Source of the DNA: Eledone cirrhosa
Taxonomy: Eukaryota
Assembly (NCBI GenBank): GCA_964016885.1
Contig: OZ024744.1
Location: 130,882,001-130,946,000 of the forward strand
Length of the DNA stretch: 64,000 nt
Direction: 5' to 3'
The translations under genes and the position numbers were made by a program. Shown here in pieces: positions 23,684 through 36,171 of this stretch. A model generated the notes under the pieces. That model saw only the letters and a program-made list of their open reading frames with translations, did no database searches and was not told the origin of the DNA. Within the stretch, counting starts at the first letter, position 1. Each line of letters starts with the position of its first letter.

Positions 23684-25048
23684 TCGGGGTTAAGTTAAGT
23701 TGGCGTTAAGTTAAGTTAGGCTTAACTTAAGTTGGGGTTCAGTTAAGTTGGGGGTAAGTTAAGTTGGGGGTAAGTTAAGTTGGGGGTAAGTTAAGTTGGG
23801 GTTAAGTTAAGTTGCGGTTAAGTTGGGGTTAAGTTAAGTTAGGGTTAAGTTAAGTTGGGGTTGAGTTAAGTTGGGGTTAATTAAGTGGTGGTTATGTTAA
23901 GTTGGGGTTAAGTTAAGTTGGGGTTAAGTTAAGTTGGGGTTAAGTTAAGTTGGGGTAAAGTTGGGGTTGAGTTAAGTTGGGGTTGAGTGAAGTTGGGGTT
24001 AATTTAAGTTGGGGCTAAGTTAATTTGTGGTTAAGTTAAGTTGGGGTTAAGTTAAGTTGGGGTTAAGTTAAGTTGGGGTTGAGTTAAGTTGGGGTTGAGT
24101 TAATTTGGGGTTAAGTTAAGTTGGGGTTAAGTTAAGTTGGATTTAAGTTAAGTTGGGGTTAAATTAAGTTGGGGTTAAATTAAGTTGGGGTTAAGTTAAG
24201 TTGGGGGTAAGTTAAGTTGGGGGCAAGTTAAGTTGGGGTTAAGTTAAGTTGGGGCTAATTTAAGTTGTGGCTGAGTTAAGTTGGGGTTAAGTTAAGTTGG
24301 GGTTAAGTTAAGTTGGGGTTAAGTTAAGTTGGGGTTAAGTTAAGTTGGGGTTTATTTAAGTTGGGGTTAAGTTAAGTTGGGGTTCAGTTAAGTTGGGGTT
24401 CAGTTAAGTTGGGGTTAAGTTAAGTTGGGGTTAAGATGGGGTTAAATTACGTTGGAGTTAAGTTAAGTTGGGGTTAAGTTAAGTTGGGGTTAAGTTAAGT
24501 TGGGGTTAAGTTAAGTCGGGGTTAATTTAAGTCGGGGTTAAGTTAAGTTAGGGTTCAGTTAAGTTGGGGTTAAGTTAAGTTGGGGTTGAGTTAAGTTGGG
24601 GTTGAGTTAAATTGGGGTTGAGTTAAGTTGGGGTTGAGTTAAGTTGGTGTTGAGTTAAGTTGGGGTTAAGTTAAATTGGGGTTAAATTAAGTTGCAGTTA
24701 AGTTAAGTTGAGGTTAAGTTAAGGTGCGGTTAAGTTAAGTTGGGGTTAAGTTAAGTTGGGGCTAAGTTAAGTTGGGGCTAAGTTAAGTTGGGGCTAAGTT
24801 AAGTTGGGGTTAAGTTAAGTTGGGGTTAAGTTAAGTCGGGGTTAAGTTAAGTTGGGGTTAAGTTAAGTTGGAGTTAATTTAAGTTGGGGTTAAGTTAAGT
24901 TGGGGTTAAGTTAAGTTGGGTTTAAGTTAAGTTGGGGTTAAGTTAAGTTGGGGTTAAGTTAAGTTGGTTAGTTAAGTTGAGTTTAAGTTAAGTTGGGGTT
25001 AATTTAATTTGGGGTTAAGTTAAGTTGGGGTTAAGTTAAGTTGGGGTT

Positions 25049-25225
25049 AACCCCAACTTAACTTAACCCCAACTTCACTCAACCCCAACGTAACTCAACC
25101 CCAACTTAACTTAACCCCAACTTCACTCAACCCCAACTTAACTTAACCCCAACTTCACTCAACCCCAACTTCCAACTTGACTTAACCCCAACTTAACTTA
25201 GCCCCAACTTAACTTAAGCCCAAAG
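25049..25225 (-). repeat. Inverted satellite block 19 (177 bp)
   Basis: Reverse-complement units with conserved junctions. Confidence 0.95.
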
Positions 25226-26163
25226 TCGGGGTTAAGTTAAGTTGGCGTTAAGTTAAGTTAGGCTTAACTTAAGTTGGGGTTCAGTTAAGTTGGGGGTAAG
25301 TTAAGTTGGGGGTAAGTTAAGTTGGGGGTAAGTTAAGTTGGGGTTAAGTTAAGTTGCGGTTAAGTTGGGGTTAAGTTAAGTTAGGGTTAAGTTAAGTTGG
25401 GGTTGAGTTAAGTTGGGGTTAATTAAGTGGTGGTTATGTTAAGTTGGGGTTAAGTTAAGTTGGGGTTAAGTTAAGTTGGGGTTAAGTTAAGTTGGGGTTT
25501 ATTTAAGTTGGGGTTAAGTTAAGTTGGGGTTCAGTTAAGTTGGGGTTCAGTTAAGTTGGGGTTAAGTTAAGTTGGGGTTAAGATGGGGTTAAATTACGTT
25601 GGAGTTAAGTTAAGTTGGGGTTAAGTTAAGTTGGGGTTAAGTTAAGTTGGGGTTAAGTTAAGTCGGGGTTAATTTAAGTCGGGGCTAAGTTAAGTTAGGG
25701 TTCAGTTAAGTTGGGGTTAAGTTAAGTTGGGGTTGAGTTAAGTTGGGGTTGAGTTAAATTGGGGTTCAGTTAAGTTGGGGTTGAGTTAAGTTGGTGTTGA
25801 GTTAAGTTGGGGTTAAGTTAAATTGGGGTTAAATTAAGTTGCAGTTAAGTTAAGTTGAGGTTAAGTTAAGGTGCGGTTAAGTTAAGTTGGGGTTAAGTTA
25901 AGTTGGGGCTAAGTTAAGTTGGGGCTAAGTTAAGTTGGGGCTAAGTTAAGTTGGGGTTAAGTTAAGTTGGGGTTAAGTTAAGTCGGGGTTAAGTTAAGTT
26001 GGGGTTAAGTTAAGTTGGGGTTAATTTAAGTTGGGGTTAAGTTAAGTTGGGGTTAAGTTAAGTTGGGTTTAAGATAAGTTGGTTAGTTAAGTTGAGTTTA
26101 AGTTAAGTTGGGGTTAATTTAAGTTGGGGTTAAGTTAAGTTGGGGTTAAGTTAAGTTGGGGTT

Positions 26164-26340
26164 AACCCCAACTTAACTTAACCCCAACTTCACTCAACCC
26201 CAACGTAACTCAACCCCAACTTAACTTAACCCCAACTTCACTCAACCCCAACTTAACTTAACCCCAACTTCACTCAACCCCAACTTCCAACTTGACTTAA
26301 CCCCAACTTAACTTAGCCCCAACTTAACTTAAGCCCAAAG
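26164..26340 (-). repeat. Inverted satellite block 20 (177 bp)
   Basis: Reverse-complement units with conserved junctions. Confidence 0.95.
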
Positions 26341-27644
26341 TCGGGGTTAAGTTAAGTTGGCGTTAAGTTAAGTTAGGCTTAACTTAAGTTGGGGTTCAGT
26401 TAAGTTGGGGGTAAGTTAAGTTGGGGGTAAGTTAAGTTGGGGGTAAGTTAAGTTGGGGTTAAGTTAAGTTGCGGTTAAGTTGGGGTTAAGTTAAGTTAGG
26501 GTTAAGTTAAGTTGGGGTTGAGTTAAGTTGGGGTTAATTAAGTGGTGGTTATGTTAAGTTGGGGTTAAGTTAAGTTGGGGTTAAGTTAAGTTGGGGTAAA
26601 GTTGGGGTTGAGTTAAGTTGGGGTTGAGTGAAGTTGGGGTTAAGTTAAGTTGGGGTTAAGTTAAGTTGGGGTTAAGATAAGTCGGTGTTAAGTTAAGTTG
26701 TGGTTGAGTTAAGTTGGGGTTAATTTAAGTTGGGGCTAAGTTAATTTGTGGTTAAGTTAAGTTGGGGTTAAGTTAAGTTGGGGTTAAGTTAAGTTGGGGT
26801 TGAGTTAAGTTGGGGTTGAGTTAATTTGGGGTTAAGTTAAGTTGGGGTTAAGTTAAGTTGGGTTTAAGTTAAGTTGGGGTTAAATTAAGTTGGGGTTAAA
26901 TTAAGTTGGGGTTAAGTTAAGTTGGGGGTAAGTTAAGTTGGGGGCAAGTTAAGTTGGGGTTAATTTAAGTTGGGGCTAAGTTAAGTTGGGGCTGAGTTAA
27001 GTTGGGGTTAAGTTAAGTTGGGGTTAAGTTAAGTTGGGGTTAAGTTAAGTTGGGGTTAATTTAAGTTGGGGTTAAGTTAAGTTGCGGGTAATTTAAGTTG
27101 GGGTTAAGTTAAGTTGGGGTTAAGTTAAGTTGGGGCTAATTTAAGTTGGGGCTGAGTTAAGTTGGGGTTAAGTTAAGTTGGGGTTAAGTTAAGTTGGGGT
27201 TAAGTTAAGTTGGGGTTAAGTTAAGTTGGGGTTTATTTAAGTTGGGGTTAAGTTAAGTTGGGGTTCAGTTAAGTTGGGGTTCAGTTAAGTTGGGGTTAAG
27301 TTAAGTTGGGGTTAAGATGGGGTTAAATTACGTTGGAGTTAAGTTAAGTTGGGGTTAAGTTAAGTTGGGGTTAAGTTAAGTTGGGGTTAAGTTAAGTCGG
27401 GGTTAATTTAAGTCGGGGTTAAGTTAAGTTAGGGTTCAGTTAAGTTGGGGTTAAGTTAAGTTGGGGTTGAGTTAAGTTGGGGTTGAGTTAAATTGGGGTT
27501 GAGTTAAGTTGGGGTTGAGTTAAGTTGGTGTTGAGTTAAGTTGGGGTTAAGTTAAATTGGGGTTAAATTAAGTTGCAGTTAAGTTAAGTTGAGGTTAAGT
27601 TAAGGTGCGGTTAAGTTAAGTTGGGGTTAAGTTAAGTTGGGGTT

Positions 27645-27821
27645 AACCCCAACTTAACTTAACCCCAACTTCACTCAACCCCAACGTAACTCAACCCCAA
27701 CTTAACTTAACCCCAACTTCACTCAACCCCAACTTAACTTAACCTCAACTTCACTCAACCCCAACTTCCAACTTGACTTAACCCCAACTTAACTTAGCCC
27801 CAACTTAACTTAAGCCCAAAG
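27645..27821 (-). repeat. Inverted satellite block 21 (177 bp)
   Basis: Same variants as block 14. Confidence 0.95.
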
Positions 27822-29809
27822 TCGGGGTTAAGTTAAGTTGGCGTTAAGTTAAGTTAGGCTTAACTTAAGTTGGGGTTCAGTTAAGTTGGGGGTAAGTTAA
27901 GTTGGGGGTAAGTTAAGTTGGGGGTAAGTTAAGTTGGGGTTAAGTTAAGTTGCGGTTAAGTTGGGGTTAATTTAAGTTAGGGTTAAGTTAAGTTGGGGTT
28001 GAGTTAAGTTGGGGTTAATTAAGTGGTGGTTATGTTAAGTTGGGGTTAAGTTAAGTTGGGGTTAAGTTAAGTTGGGGTTAAGTTAAGTTGGGGTAAAGTT
28101 GGGGTTGAGTTAAGTTGGGGTTGAGTGAAGTTGGGGTTAAGTTAAGTTGGGGTTAAGTTAAGTTGGGGTTAAGATAAGTCGGGGTTAAGTTAAGTTGTGG
28201 TTGAGTTAAGTTGGGGTTAATTTAAGTTGGGGCTAAGTTAATTTGTGGTTAAGTTAAGTTGGGGTTAAGTTAAGTTGGGGTTAAGTTAAGTTGGGGTTGA
28301 GTTAAGTTGGGGTTGAGTTAATTTGGGGTTAAGTTAAGTTGGGGTTAAGTTAAGTTGGGTTTAAGTTAAGTTGGGGTTAAATTAAATTGGGGTTAAATTA
28401 AGTTGGGGTTAATTTAAGTTGGGGGTAAGTTAAGTTGGGGGCAAGTTAAGTTGGGGTTAATTTAAGTTGGGGTTAAATTAAGTTGGTGTTAAGTTAAGTT
28501 GGGGTTAATTTAAGTTGGGGTTAATTAAGTTGGGGTTAAGTTAAGTTGGGGTTAAGTTAAGTTGGGGTTAATTTAAGTTGGGGTTGAGTTAAGTTGGGGT
28601 TAAGTTAAGTTGGGGTTATATTAAGTTGGGGTTAAGTTAAGTTGGGGTTCAGTTAAATTGGGGTTAAATTAAGTTGCAGTTAAGTTAAGTTGAGGTTAAG
28701 TTAAGGTGCGGTTAAGTTAAGTTGGGGTTAAGTTAAGTTGGGGTTAAGTTAAGTCGGGGTTAAGTTAAGTTGGGGTTAAGTTAAGTTGGGGTTAAGTTAA
28801 GTTGGGGTTAAGTTAAGTTGGGGCTAAGTTAAGTTGGGGCTGAGTTAAGTTGGGGTTAAGTTAAGTTGGGGTTAAGTTAAGTTGGGGTTAAGTTAAGTTG
28901 GGGTTAATTTAAGTTGGGGTTAAGTTAAGTTGCGGGTAATTTAAGTTGGGGTTAAGTTAAGTTGGGGTTAAGTTAAGTTGGGGCTAATTTAAGTTGGGGC
29001 TGAGTTAAGTTGGGGTTAAGTTAAGTTGGGGTTAAGTTAAGTTGGGGTTAAGTTAAGTTGGGGTTAAGTTAAGTTGGGGTTTATTTAAGTTGGGGTTAAG
29101 TTAAGTTGGGGTTCAGTTAATTTGGGGTTCAGTTAAGTTGGGGTTAAGTTAAGTTGGGGTTAAGATGGGGTTAAATTACGTTGGAGTTAAGTTAAGTTGG
29201 GGTTAAGTTAAGTTGGGGTTAAGTTAAGTTGGGGTTAAGTTAAGTCGGGGTTAATTTAAGTCGGGGTTAAGTTAAGTTAGGGTTCAGTTAAGTTGGGGTT
29301 AAGTTAAGTTGGGGTTGAGTTAAGTTGGGGTTGAGTTAAATTGGGGTTGAGTTAAGTTGGGATTGAGTTAAGTTGGTGTTGAGTTAAGTTGGGGTTAAGT
29401 TAAATTGGGGTTAAATTAAGTTGCAGTTAAGTTAAGTTGAGGTTAAGTTAAGGTGCGGTTAAGTTAAGTTGGGGTTAAGTTAAGTTGGGGCTAAGTTAAG
29501 TTGGGGCTAAGTTAAGTTGGGGCTAAGTTAAGTTGGGGTTAAGTTAAGTTGGGGTTAAGTTAAGTCGGGGTTAAGTTAAGTTGGGGTTAAGTTAAGTTGG
29601 GGTTAATTTAAGTTGGGGTTAAGTTAAGTTGGGGTTAAGTTAAGTTGGGTTTAAGTTAAGTTGGGGTTAAGTTAAGTTGGGGTTAAGTTAAGTTGGGGTT
29701 AAGTTAAGTTGGTTAGTTAAGTTGAGTTTAAGTTAAGTTGGGGTTAATTTAAGTTGGGGTTAAGTTAAGTTGGGGTTAAGTTAAGTTGGGGTTAAGTTAA
29801 GTTGGGGTT

Positions 29810-29986
29810 AACCCCAACTTAACTTAACCCCAACTTCACTCAACCCCAACGTAACTCAACCCCAACTTAACTTAACCCCAACTTCACTCAACCCCAACTT
29901 AACTTAACCCCAACTTCACTCAACCCCAACTTCCAACTTGACTTAACCCCAACTTAACTTAGCCCCAACTTAACTTAAGCCCAAAG
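29810..29986 (-). repeat. Inverted satellite block 22 (177 bp)
   Basis: Reverse-complement units with conserved junctions. Confidence 0.95.
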
Positions 29987-30988
29987 TCGGGGTTAAGTTA
30001 AGTTGGCGTTAAGTTAAGTTAGGCTTAACTTAAGTTGGGGTTCAGTTAAGTTGGGGGTAAGTTAAGTTGGGGGTAAGTTAAGTTGGGGGTAAGTTAAGTT
30101 GGGGTTAAGTTAAGTTGCGGTTAAGTTGGGGTTAAGTTAAGTTAGGGTTAAGTTAAGTTGGGGTTGAGTTAAGTTGGGGTTAATTAAGTGGTGGTTATGT
30201 TAAGTTGGGGTTAAGTTAAGTTGGGGTTAAGTTAAGGTGGGGTTAAGTTAAGTTGGGGTTTATTTAAGTTGGGGTTAAGTTAAGTTGGGGTTCAGTTAAG
30301 TTGGGGTTCAGTTAAGTTGGGGTTAAGTTAAGTTGGGGTTAAGATGGGGTTAAATTACGTTGGAGTTAAATTAAGTTGGGGTTAAGTTAAGTTGGGGTTA
30401 AGTTAAGTTGGGGTTAAGTTAAGTCGGGGTTAATTTAAGTCGGGGTTAAGTTAAGTTAGGGTTTAGTTAAGTTGGGGTTAAGTTAAGTTGGGGTTGAGTT
30501 AAGTTGGGGTTGAGTTAAATTGGGGTTCAGTTAAGTTGGGGTTGAGTTAAGTTGGTGTTGAGTTAAGTTGGGGTTAAGTTAAATTGGGGTTAAATTAAGT
30601 TGCAGTTAAGTTAAGTTGAGGTTAAGTTAAGGTGCGGTTAAGTTAAGTTGGGGTTAAGTTAAGTTGGGGCTAAGTTAAGTTGGGGCTAAGTTAAGTTGGG
30701 GCTAAGTTAAGTTGGGGTTAAGTTAAGTTGGGGTTAAGTTAAGTCGGGGTTAAGTTAAGTTGGGGTTAAGTTAAGTTGGGGTTAATTTAAGTTGGGGTTA
30801 AGTTATGTTGGGGTTAAGTTAAGTTGGGTTTAAGTTAAGTTGGGGTTAAGTTAAGTTGGGGTTAAGTTAAGTTGGGGTTAAGTTAAGTTGGTTAGTTAAG
30901 TTGAGTTTAAGTTAAGTTGGGGTTAATTTAAGTTGGGGTTAAGTTAAGTTGGGGTTAAGGTAAGTTGGGGTTAAGTTAAGTTGGGGTT

Positions 30989-31165
30989 AACCCCAACTTA
31001 ACTTAACCCCAACTTCACTCAACCCCAACGTAACTCAACCCCAACTTAACTTAACCCCAACTTCACTCAACCCCAACTTAACTTAACCCCAACTTCACTC
31101 AACCCCAACTTCCAACTTGACTTAACCCCAACTTAACTTAGCCCCAACTTAACTTAAGCCCAAAG
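30989..31165 (-). repeat. Inverted satellite block 23 (177 bp)
   Basis: Reverse-complement units with conserved junctions. Confidence 0.95.
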
Positions 31166-33205
31166 TCGGGGTTAAGTTAAGTTGGCGTTAAGTTAAGTTA
31201 GGCTTAACTTAAGTTGGGGTTCAGTTAAGTTGGGGGTAAGTTAAGTTGGGGGTAAGTTAAGTTGGGGGTAAGTTAAGTTGGGGTTAAGTTAAGTTGCGGT
31301 TAAGTTGGGGTTAAGTTAAGTTAGGGTTAAGTTAAGTTGGGGTTGAGTTAAGTTGGGGTTAATTAAGTGGTGGTTATGTTAAGTTGGGGTTAAGTTAAGT
31401 TGGGGTTAAGTTAAGTTGGGGTTAAGTTAAGTTGGGGTAAAGTTGGGGTTGAGTTAAGTTGGGGTTGAGTGAAGTTGGGGTTAAGTTAAGTTGGGGTTAA
31501 GTTAAGTTGGGGTTAAGATAAGTCGGGGTTAAGTTAAGTTGTGGTTGAGTTAAGTTGGGGTTAATTTAAGTTGGGGCTAAGTTAATTTGTGGTTAAGTTA
31601 AGTTGGGGTTAAGTTAAGTTGGGGTTAAGTTAAGTTGGGGTTGAGTTAAGTTGGGGTTGAGTTAATTTGGGGTTAAGTTAAGTTGGGGTTAAGTTAAGTT
31701 GGGTTTAAGTTAAGTTGGGGTTAAATTAAGTTGGGGTTAAATTAAGTTGGGGTTAATTTAAGTTGGGGGTAAGTTAAGTTGGGGGCAAGTTAAGTTGGGG
31801 TTAATTTAAGTTGGGGTTAAATTAAGTTGGGTTACGTTAAGTTGGTGTTAAGTTAAGTTGGGGTTAATTTAAGTTGGGGTTAATTAAGTTGGGGTTAAGT
31901 TAAGTTGGGGTTAAGTTAAGTTGGAGTTAATTTAAGTTGGGGTTGAGTTAAGTTGGGGTTAAGTTAAGTTGGGGTTATATTAAGTTGGGGTTAAGTTAAG
32001 TTGGGGTTCAGTTAAGTTGGGGTTAAGTTAAGTTGGGGTTAAGTTAAGTTGGTGTTAAGTTAAGTTGGGGTTAAGTTAAGTTGGGGTTAAGATAAGTCGG
32101 GGTTAAGTTAAGTTGTGGTTGAATGAAGTTGGGGTTAAGTTAAGTTGGGGTTAAGTTAAGTTGGGGTTAAGATAAGTCGGGGTTAAGTTAAGTTGTGGTT
32201 GAGTTAAGTTGGGGTTAATTTAAGTTGGGGTTAAGTTAAGTTGGGGTTAAGTTAAGTTGGGGTTGAGTTAAGTTGGGGTTGAGTTAATTTGGGGTTAAGT
32301 TAAGTTGGGGTTAAGTTAAGTTGGGTTTAAGTTAAGTTGGGGTTAAATTAAGTTGGGGTTAAATTAAGTTGGGGTTAAGTTAAGTTGGGGGTAAGTTAAG
32401 TTGGGGGCAAGTTAAGTTGGGGTTAATTTAAGTTGGTGTTAAGTTAAGTTGGGGCTAAGTTAAGTTGGGGCTGAGTTAAGTTGGGGCTGAGTTAAGTTGG
32501 GGCTAAGTTAAGTTGGGGTTGAGTTAAGTTGGGGTTAAGTTAAGTTGGGGTTAAGTTAAGTTGGGGTTAAGTTAAGTTAGGTTTAAGTTAAGTTGGGGTT
32601 AAGTTAAGTTGGGGTTAAGTTAAGTTGGGGTTAAGTTAAGTTGGGGTTAAGTTAAGTTGGGGTTAAGTTAATTTGTGGTTAAGTTAAGTTGTGGTTAAGT
32701 TAAGTTGGGGTTAAGTTAAGTTGGGCTTAAGTTAAGTCGGGGTTAAGTTAAGTTGGGGTTAAGTTAAGTTGGGGTTAATTTAAGTTGGGGTTAAGTTAAG
32801 TTGGGGTTAAGTTAAGTTGGGTTTAAGTTAAGTTGGGGTTAAGTTAAGTTGAGGTTAAGTTAAGTTGGGGTTAAATTAAGTTGGGGTTAAGTTAAGTTGG
32901 GGTTAAGTTAAGTTGGGGTTAAGTTAAGTTGGGGTTAAGTTAAGTTGGGGCTAAGTTAAGTTGGGGCTGAGTTAAGTTGGGGTTAAGTTAAATTGGGGTT
33001 AAGTTAAGTTGGGGTTAAGTTAAGTTGGGGTTAAGTTAAGTTGGGGTTTATTTAAGTTGGGGTTAAGTTAAGTTGGGGTTAAGTTAAGTTGGGGTTAAGT
33101 TAAGTTGGTTAGTTAAGTTGAGTTTAAGTTAAGTTGGGGTTAATTTAATTTGGGGTTAAGTTAAGTTGGGGTTAAGTTAAGTTGGGGTTAAGTTAAGTTG
33201 GGGTT

Positions 33206-33382
33206 AACCCCAACTTAACTTAACCCCAACTTCACTCAACCCCAACGTAACTCAACCCCAACTTAACTTAACCCCAACTTCACTCAACCCCAACTTAACT
33301 TAACCCCAACTTCACTCAACCCGAACTTCCAACTTGACTTAACCCCAACTTAACTTAGCCCCAACTTAACTTAAGCCCAAAG
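33206..33382 (-). repeat. Inverted satellite block 24 (177 bp)
   Basis: Same variants as block 1, including CCCGAAC. Confidence 0.95.
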
Positions 33383-35994
33383 TCGGGGTTAAGTTAAGTT
33401 GGCGTTAAGTTAAGTTAGGCTTAACTTAAGTTGGGGTTCAGTTAAGTTGGGGGTAAGTTAAGTTGGGGGTAAGTTAAGTTGGGGGTAAGTTAAGTTGGGG
33501 TTAAGTTAAGTTGCGGTTAAGTTGGGGTTAAGTTAAGTTAGGGTTAAGTTAAGTTGGGGTTGAGTTAAGTTGGGGTTAATTAAGTGGTGGTTATGTTAAG
33601 TTGGGGTTAAGTTAAGTTGGGGTTAAGTTAAGTTGGGGTTAAGTTAAGTTGGGGTAAAGTTGGGGTTGAGTTAAGTTGGGGTTGAGTGAAGTTGGGGTTA
33701 AGTTAAGTTGGGGTTAAGTTAAGTTGGGGTTAAGATAAGTCGGGGTTAAGTTAAGTTGTGGTTGAGTTAAGTTGGGGTTAATTTAAGTTGGGGCTAAGTT
33801 AATTTGTGGTTAAGTTAAGTTGGGGTTAAGTTAAGTTGGGGTTAAGTTAAGTTGGGGTTGAATTAAGTTGGGGTTGAGTTAATTTGGGGTTAAGTTAAGT
33901 TGGGGTTAAGTTAAGTTGGGTTTAAGTTAAGTTGGGGTTAAATTAAGTTGGGGTTAAATTAAGTTGGGGTTAAGTTAAGTTGGGGGTAAGTTAAGTTGGG
34001 GGCAAGTTAAGTTGGGGTTAATTTAAGTTGGGGTTAAATTAAGTTGGGGTTACGTTAAGTTGGTGTTAAGTTAAGTTGGGGTTAATTTAAGTTGGGGTTA
34101 ATTAAGTTGGGGTTAAGTTAAGTTGGGGTTAAGTTAAGTTGGGGTTAATTTAAGTTGGGGTTGAGTTAAGTTGGGGTTAAGTTAAGTTGGGGTTAATTTA
34201 AGTTGGGGTTAAGTTAAGTTGGGGTTCAGTTAAGTTGGGGTTAAGTTAAGTTGGGGTTAAGTTAAGTTGAGGTTAAGTTAAGTTGGGGTTAAGTTAAGTT
34301 GGTGTTAAGTTAAGTTGGGGCTAAGTTAAGTTGGGGCTGAGTTAAGTTGGGGCTGAGTTAAGTTGGGGCTAAGTTAAGTTGGGGTTGAGTTAAGTTGGGG
34401 TTAAGTTAAGTTGGGGTTAAGTTAAGTTGGGGTTAAGTTAAGTTGGGGTTCAGTTAAGTTGGGGTTAAGTTAAGTTGGGGTTAAGTTAAGTTGAGGTTAA
34501 GTTAAGTTGGGGTTAAGTTAAGTTGGTGTTAAGTTAAGTTGGGGCTAAGTTAAGTTGGGGCTGAGTTAAGTTGGGGCTGAGTTAAGTTGGGGCTAAGTTA
34601 AGTTGGGGTTGAGTTAAGTTGGGGTTAAGTTAAGTTGGGGTTAAGTTAAGTTGGGGTTAAGTTAAGTTAGGTTTAAGTTAAGTTGGGGTTAAGTTAAGTT
34701 GGGGTTAAGTTAAGTTGGGGTTAAGTTAAGTTGGGGTTAAGTTAAGTTGGGGATAAGTTAAGTTGGGGATAATTTAAGTTGGGGTTAAGTTAAGTTGGGT
34801 TTAAGTTAAGTTGGGGTTAAGTTAAGTTGGGGTTAAGTTAAGTTGGGGCTAAGTTAAGTTGGGGCTGAGTTAAGTTGGGGTTAAGTTAAATTGGGGTTAA
34901 GTTAAGTTGGGGTTAAGTTAAGTTGGGGTTAAGTTAAGTTGGGGTTTATTTAAGTTGGGGTTAAGTTAAGTTGGGGTTCAGTTAAGTTGGGGTTCAGTTA
35001 AGTTGGGGTTAAGTTAAGTTGGGGTTTAGATGGGGTTAAATTAAGTTGGGGTTAAGTTAAGTTGGGGTTAAGTTAAGTTGGGGTTAAGCTAAGTTGGGGT
35101 TAAGTTAAGTCGGGGTTAAGTTAAGTCGGGGTTAAGTTAAGTTAGGGTTCAGTTAAGTTGGGGTTAAGTTAAGTTGGTGTTAAGTTAAGTTGGGGCTAAG
35201 TTAAGTTGGGGCTGAGTTAAGTTGGGGCTGAGTTAAGTTGGGGCTAAGTTAAGTTGGGGTTGAGTTAAGTTGGGGTTAAGTTAAGTTGGGGTTAAGTTAA
35301 GTTGGGGTTAAGTTAAGTTAGGTTTAAGTTAAGTTGGGGTTAAGTTAAGTTGGGGTTAAGTTAAGTTGGGGTTAAGTTAAGTTGGGGTTAAGTTAAGTTG
35401 GGGTTAAGTTAATTTGTGGTTAAGTTAAGTTGTGGTTAAGTTAAGTTGGGGTTAAGTTAAGTTGGGCTTAAGTTAAGTCGGGGTTAAGTTAAGTTGGGGT
35501 TAAGTTAAGTTGGGGTTAAGTTAAGTTGGGTTTAAGTTAAGTTGGGGTTAAGTTAAGTTGAGGTTAAGTTAAGTTGGGGTTAAATTAAGTTGGGGTTAAG
35601 TTAAGTTGGGGTTCAGTTAAGTTGGGGTTAAGTTAAGTTGGGGATAAGTTAAGTTGGGGTTGAGTGAAGTTGGGGTTAAGTTAAGTTGGGTTTAAGTTAA
35701 GTTGGGGTTAAGTTAAGTTGGGGTTAAGTTAAGTTGGGGCTAAGTTAAGTTGGGGCTGAGTTAAGTTGGGGTTAAGTTAAATTGGGGTTAAGTTAAGTTG
35801 GGGTTAAGTTAAGTTGGGGTTAAGTTAAGTTGGGGTTTATTTAAGTTGGGGTTAAGTTAAGTTGGGGTTAAGTTAAGTTGGGGTTAAGTTAAGTTGGTTA
35901 GTTAAGTTGAGTTTAAGTTAAGTTGGGGTTAATTTAAGTTGGGGTTAAGTTAAGTTGGGGTTAAGTTAAGTTGGGGTTAAGTTAAGTTGGGGTT

Positions 35995-36171
35995 AACCCA
36001 AACTTAACTTAACCCCAACTTCACTCAACCCCAACGTAACTCAACCCCAACTTAACTTAACCCCAACTTCACTCAACCCCAACTTAACTTAACCCCAACT
36101 TCACTCAACCCCAACTTCCAACTTGACTTAACCCCAACTTAACTTAGCCCCAACTTAACTTAAGCCCAAAG
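35995..36171 (-). repeat. Inverted satellite block 25 (177 bp)
   Basis: Same variants as block 2. Confidence 0.95.

Larger units (their letters stand above)
10618..28656 (+). repeat. Tandem duplication with an 8,931-bp period
   Basis: Seven junction pairs, from 12268/21199 to 18714/27645, all differ by 8,931. The AACCTCAAC variant is shared by the blocks at 18714 and 27645. Confidence 0.9.
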
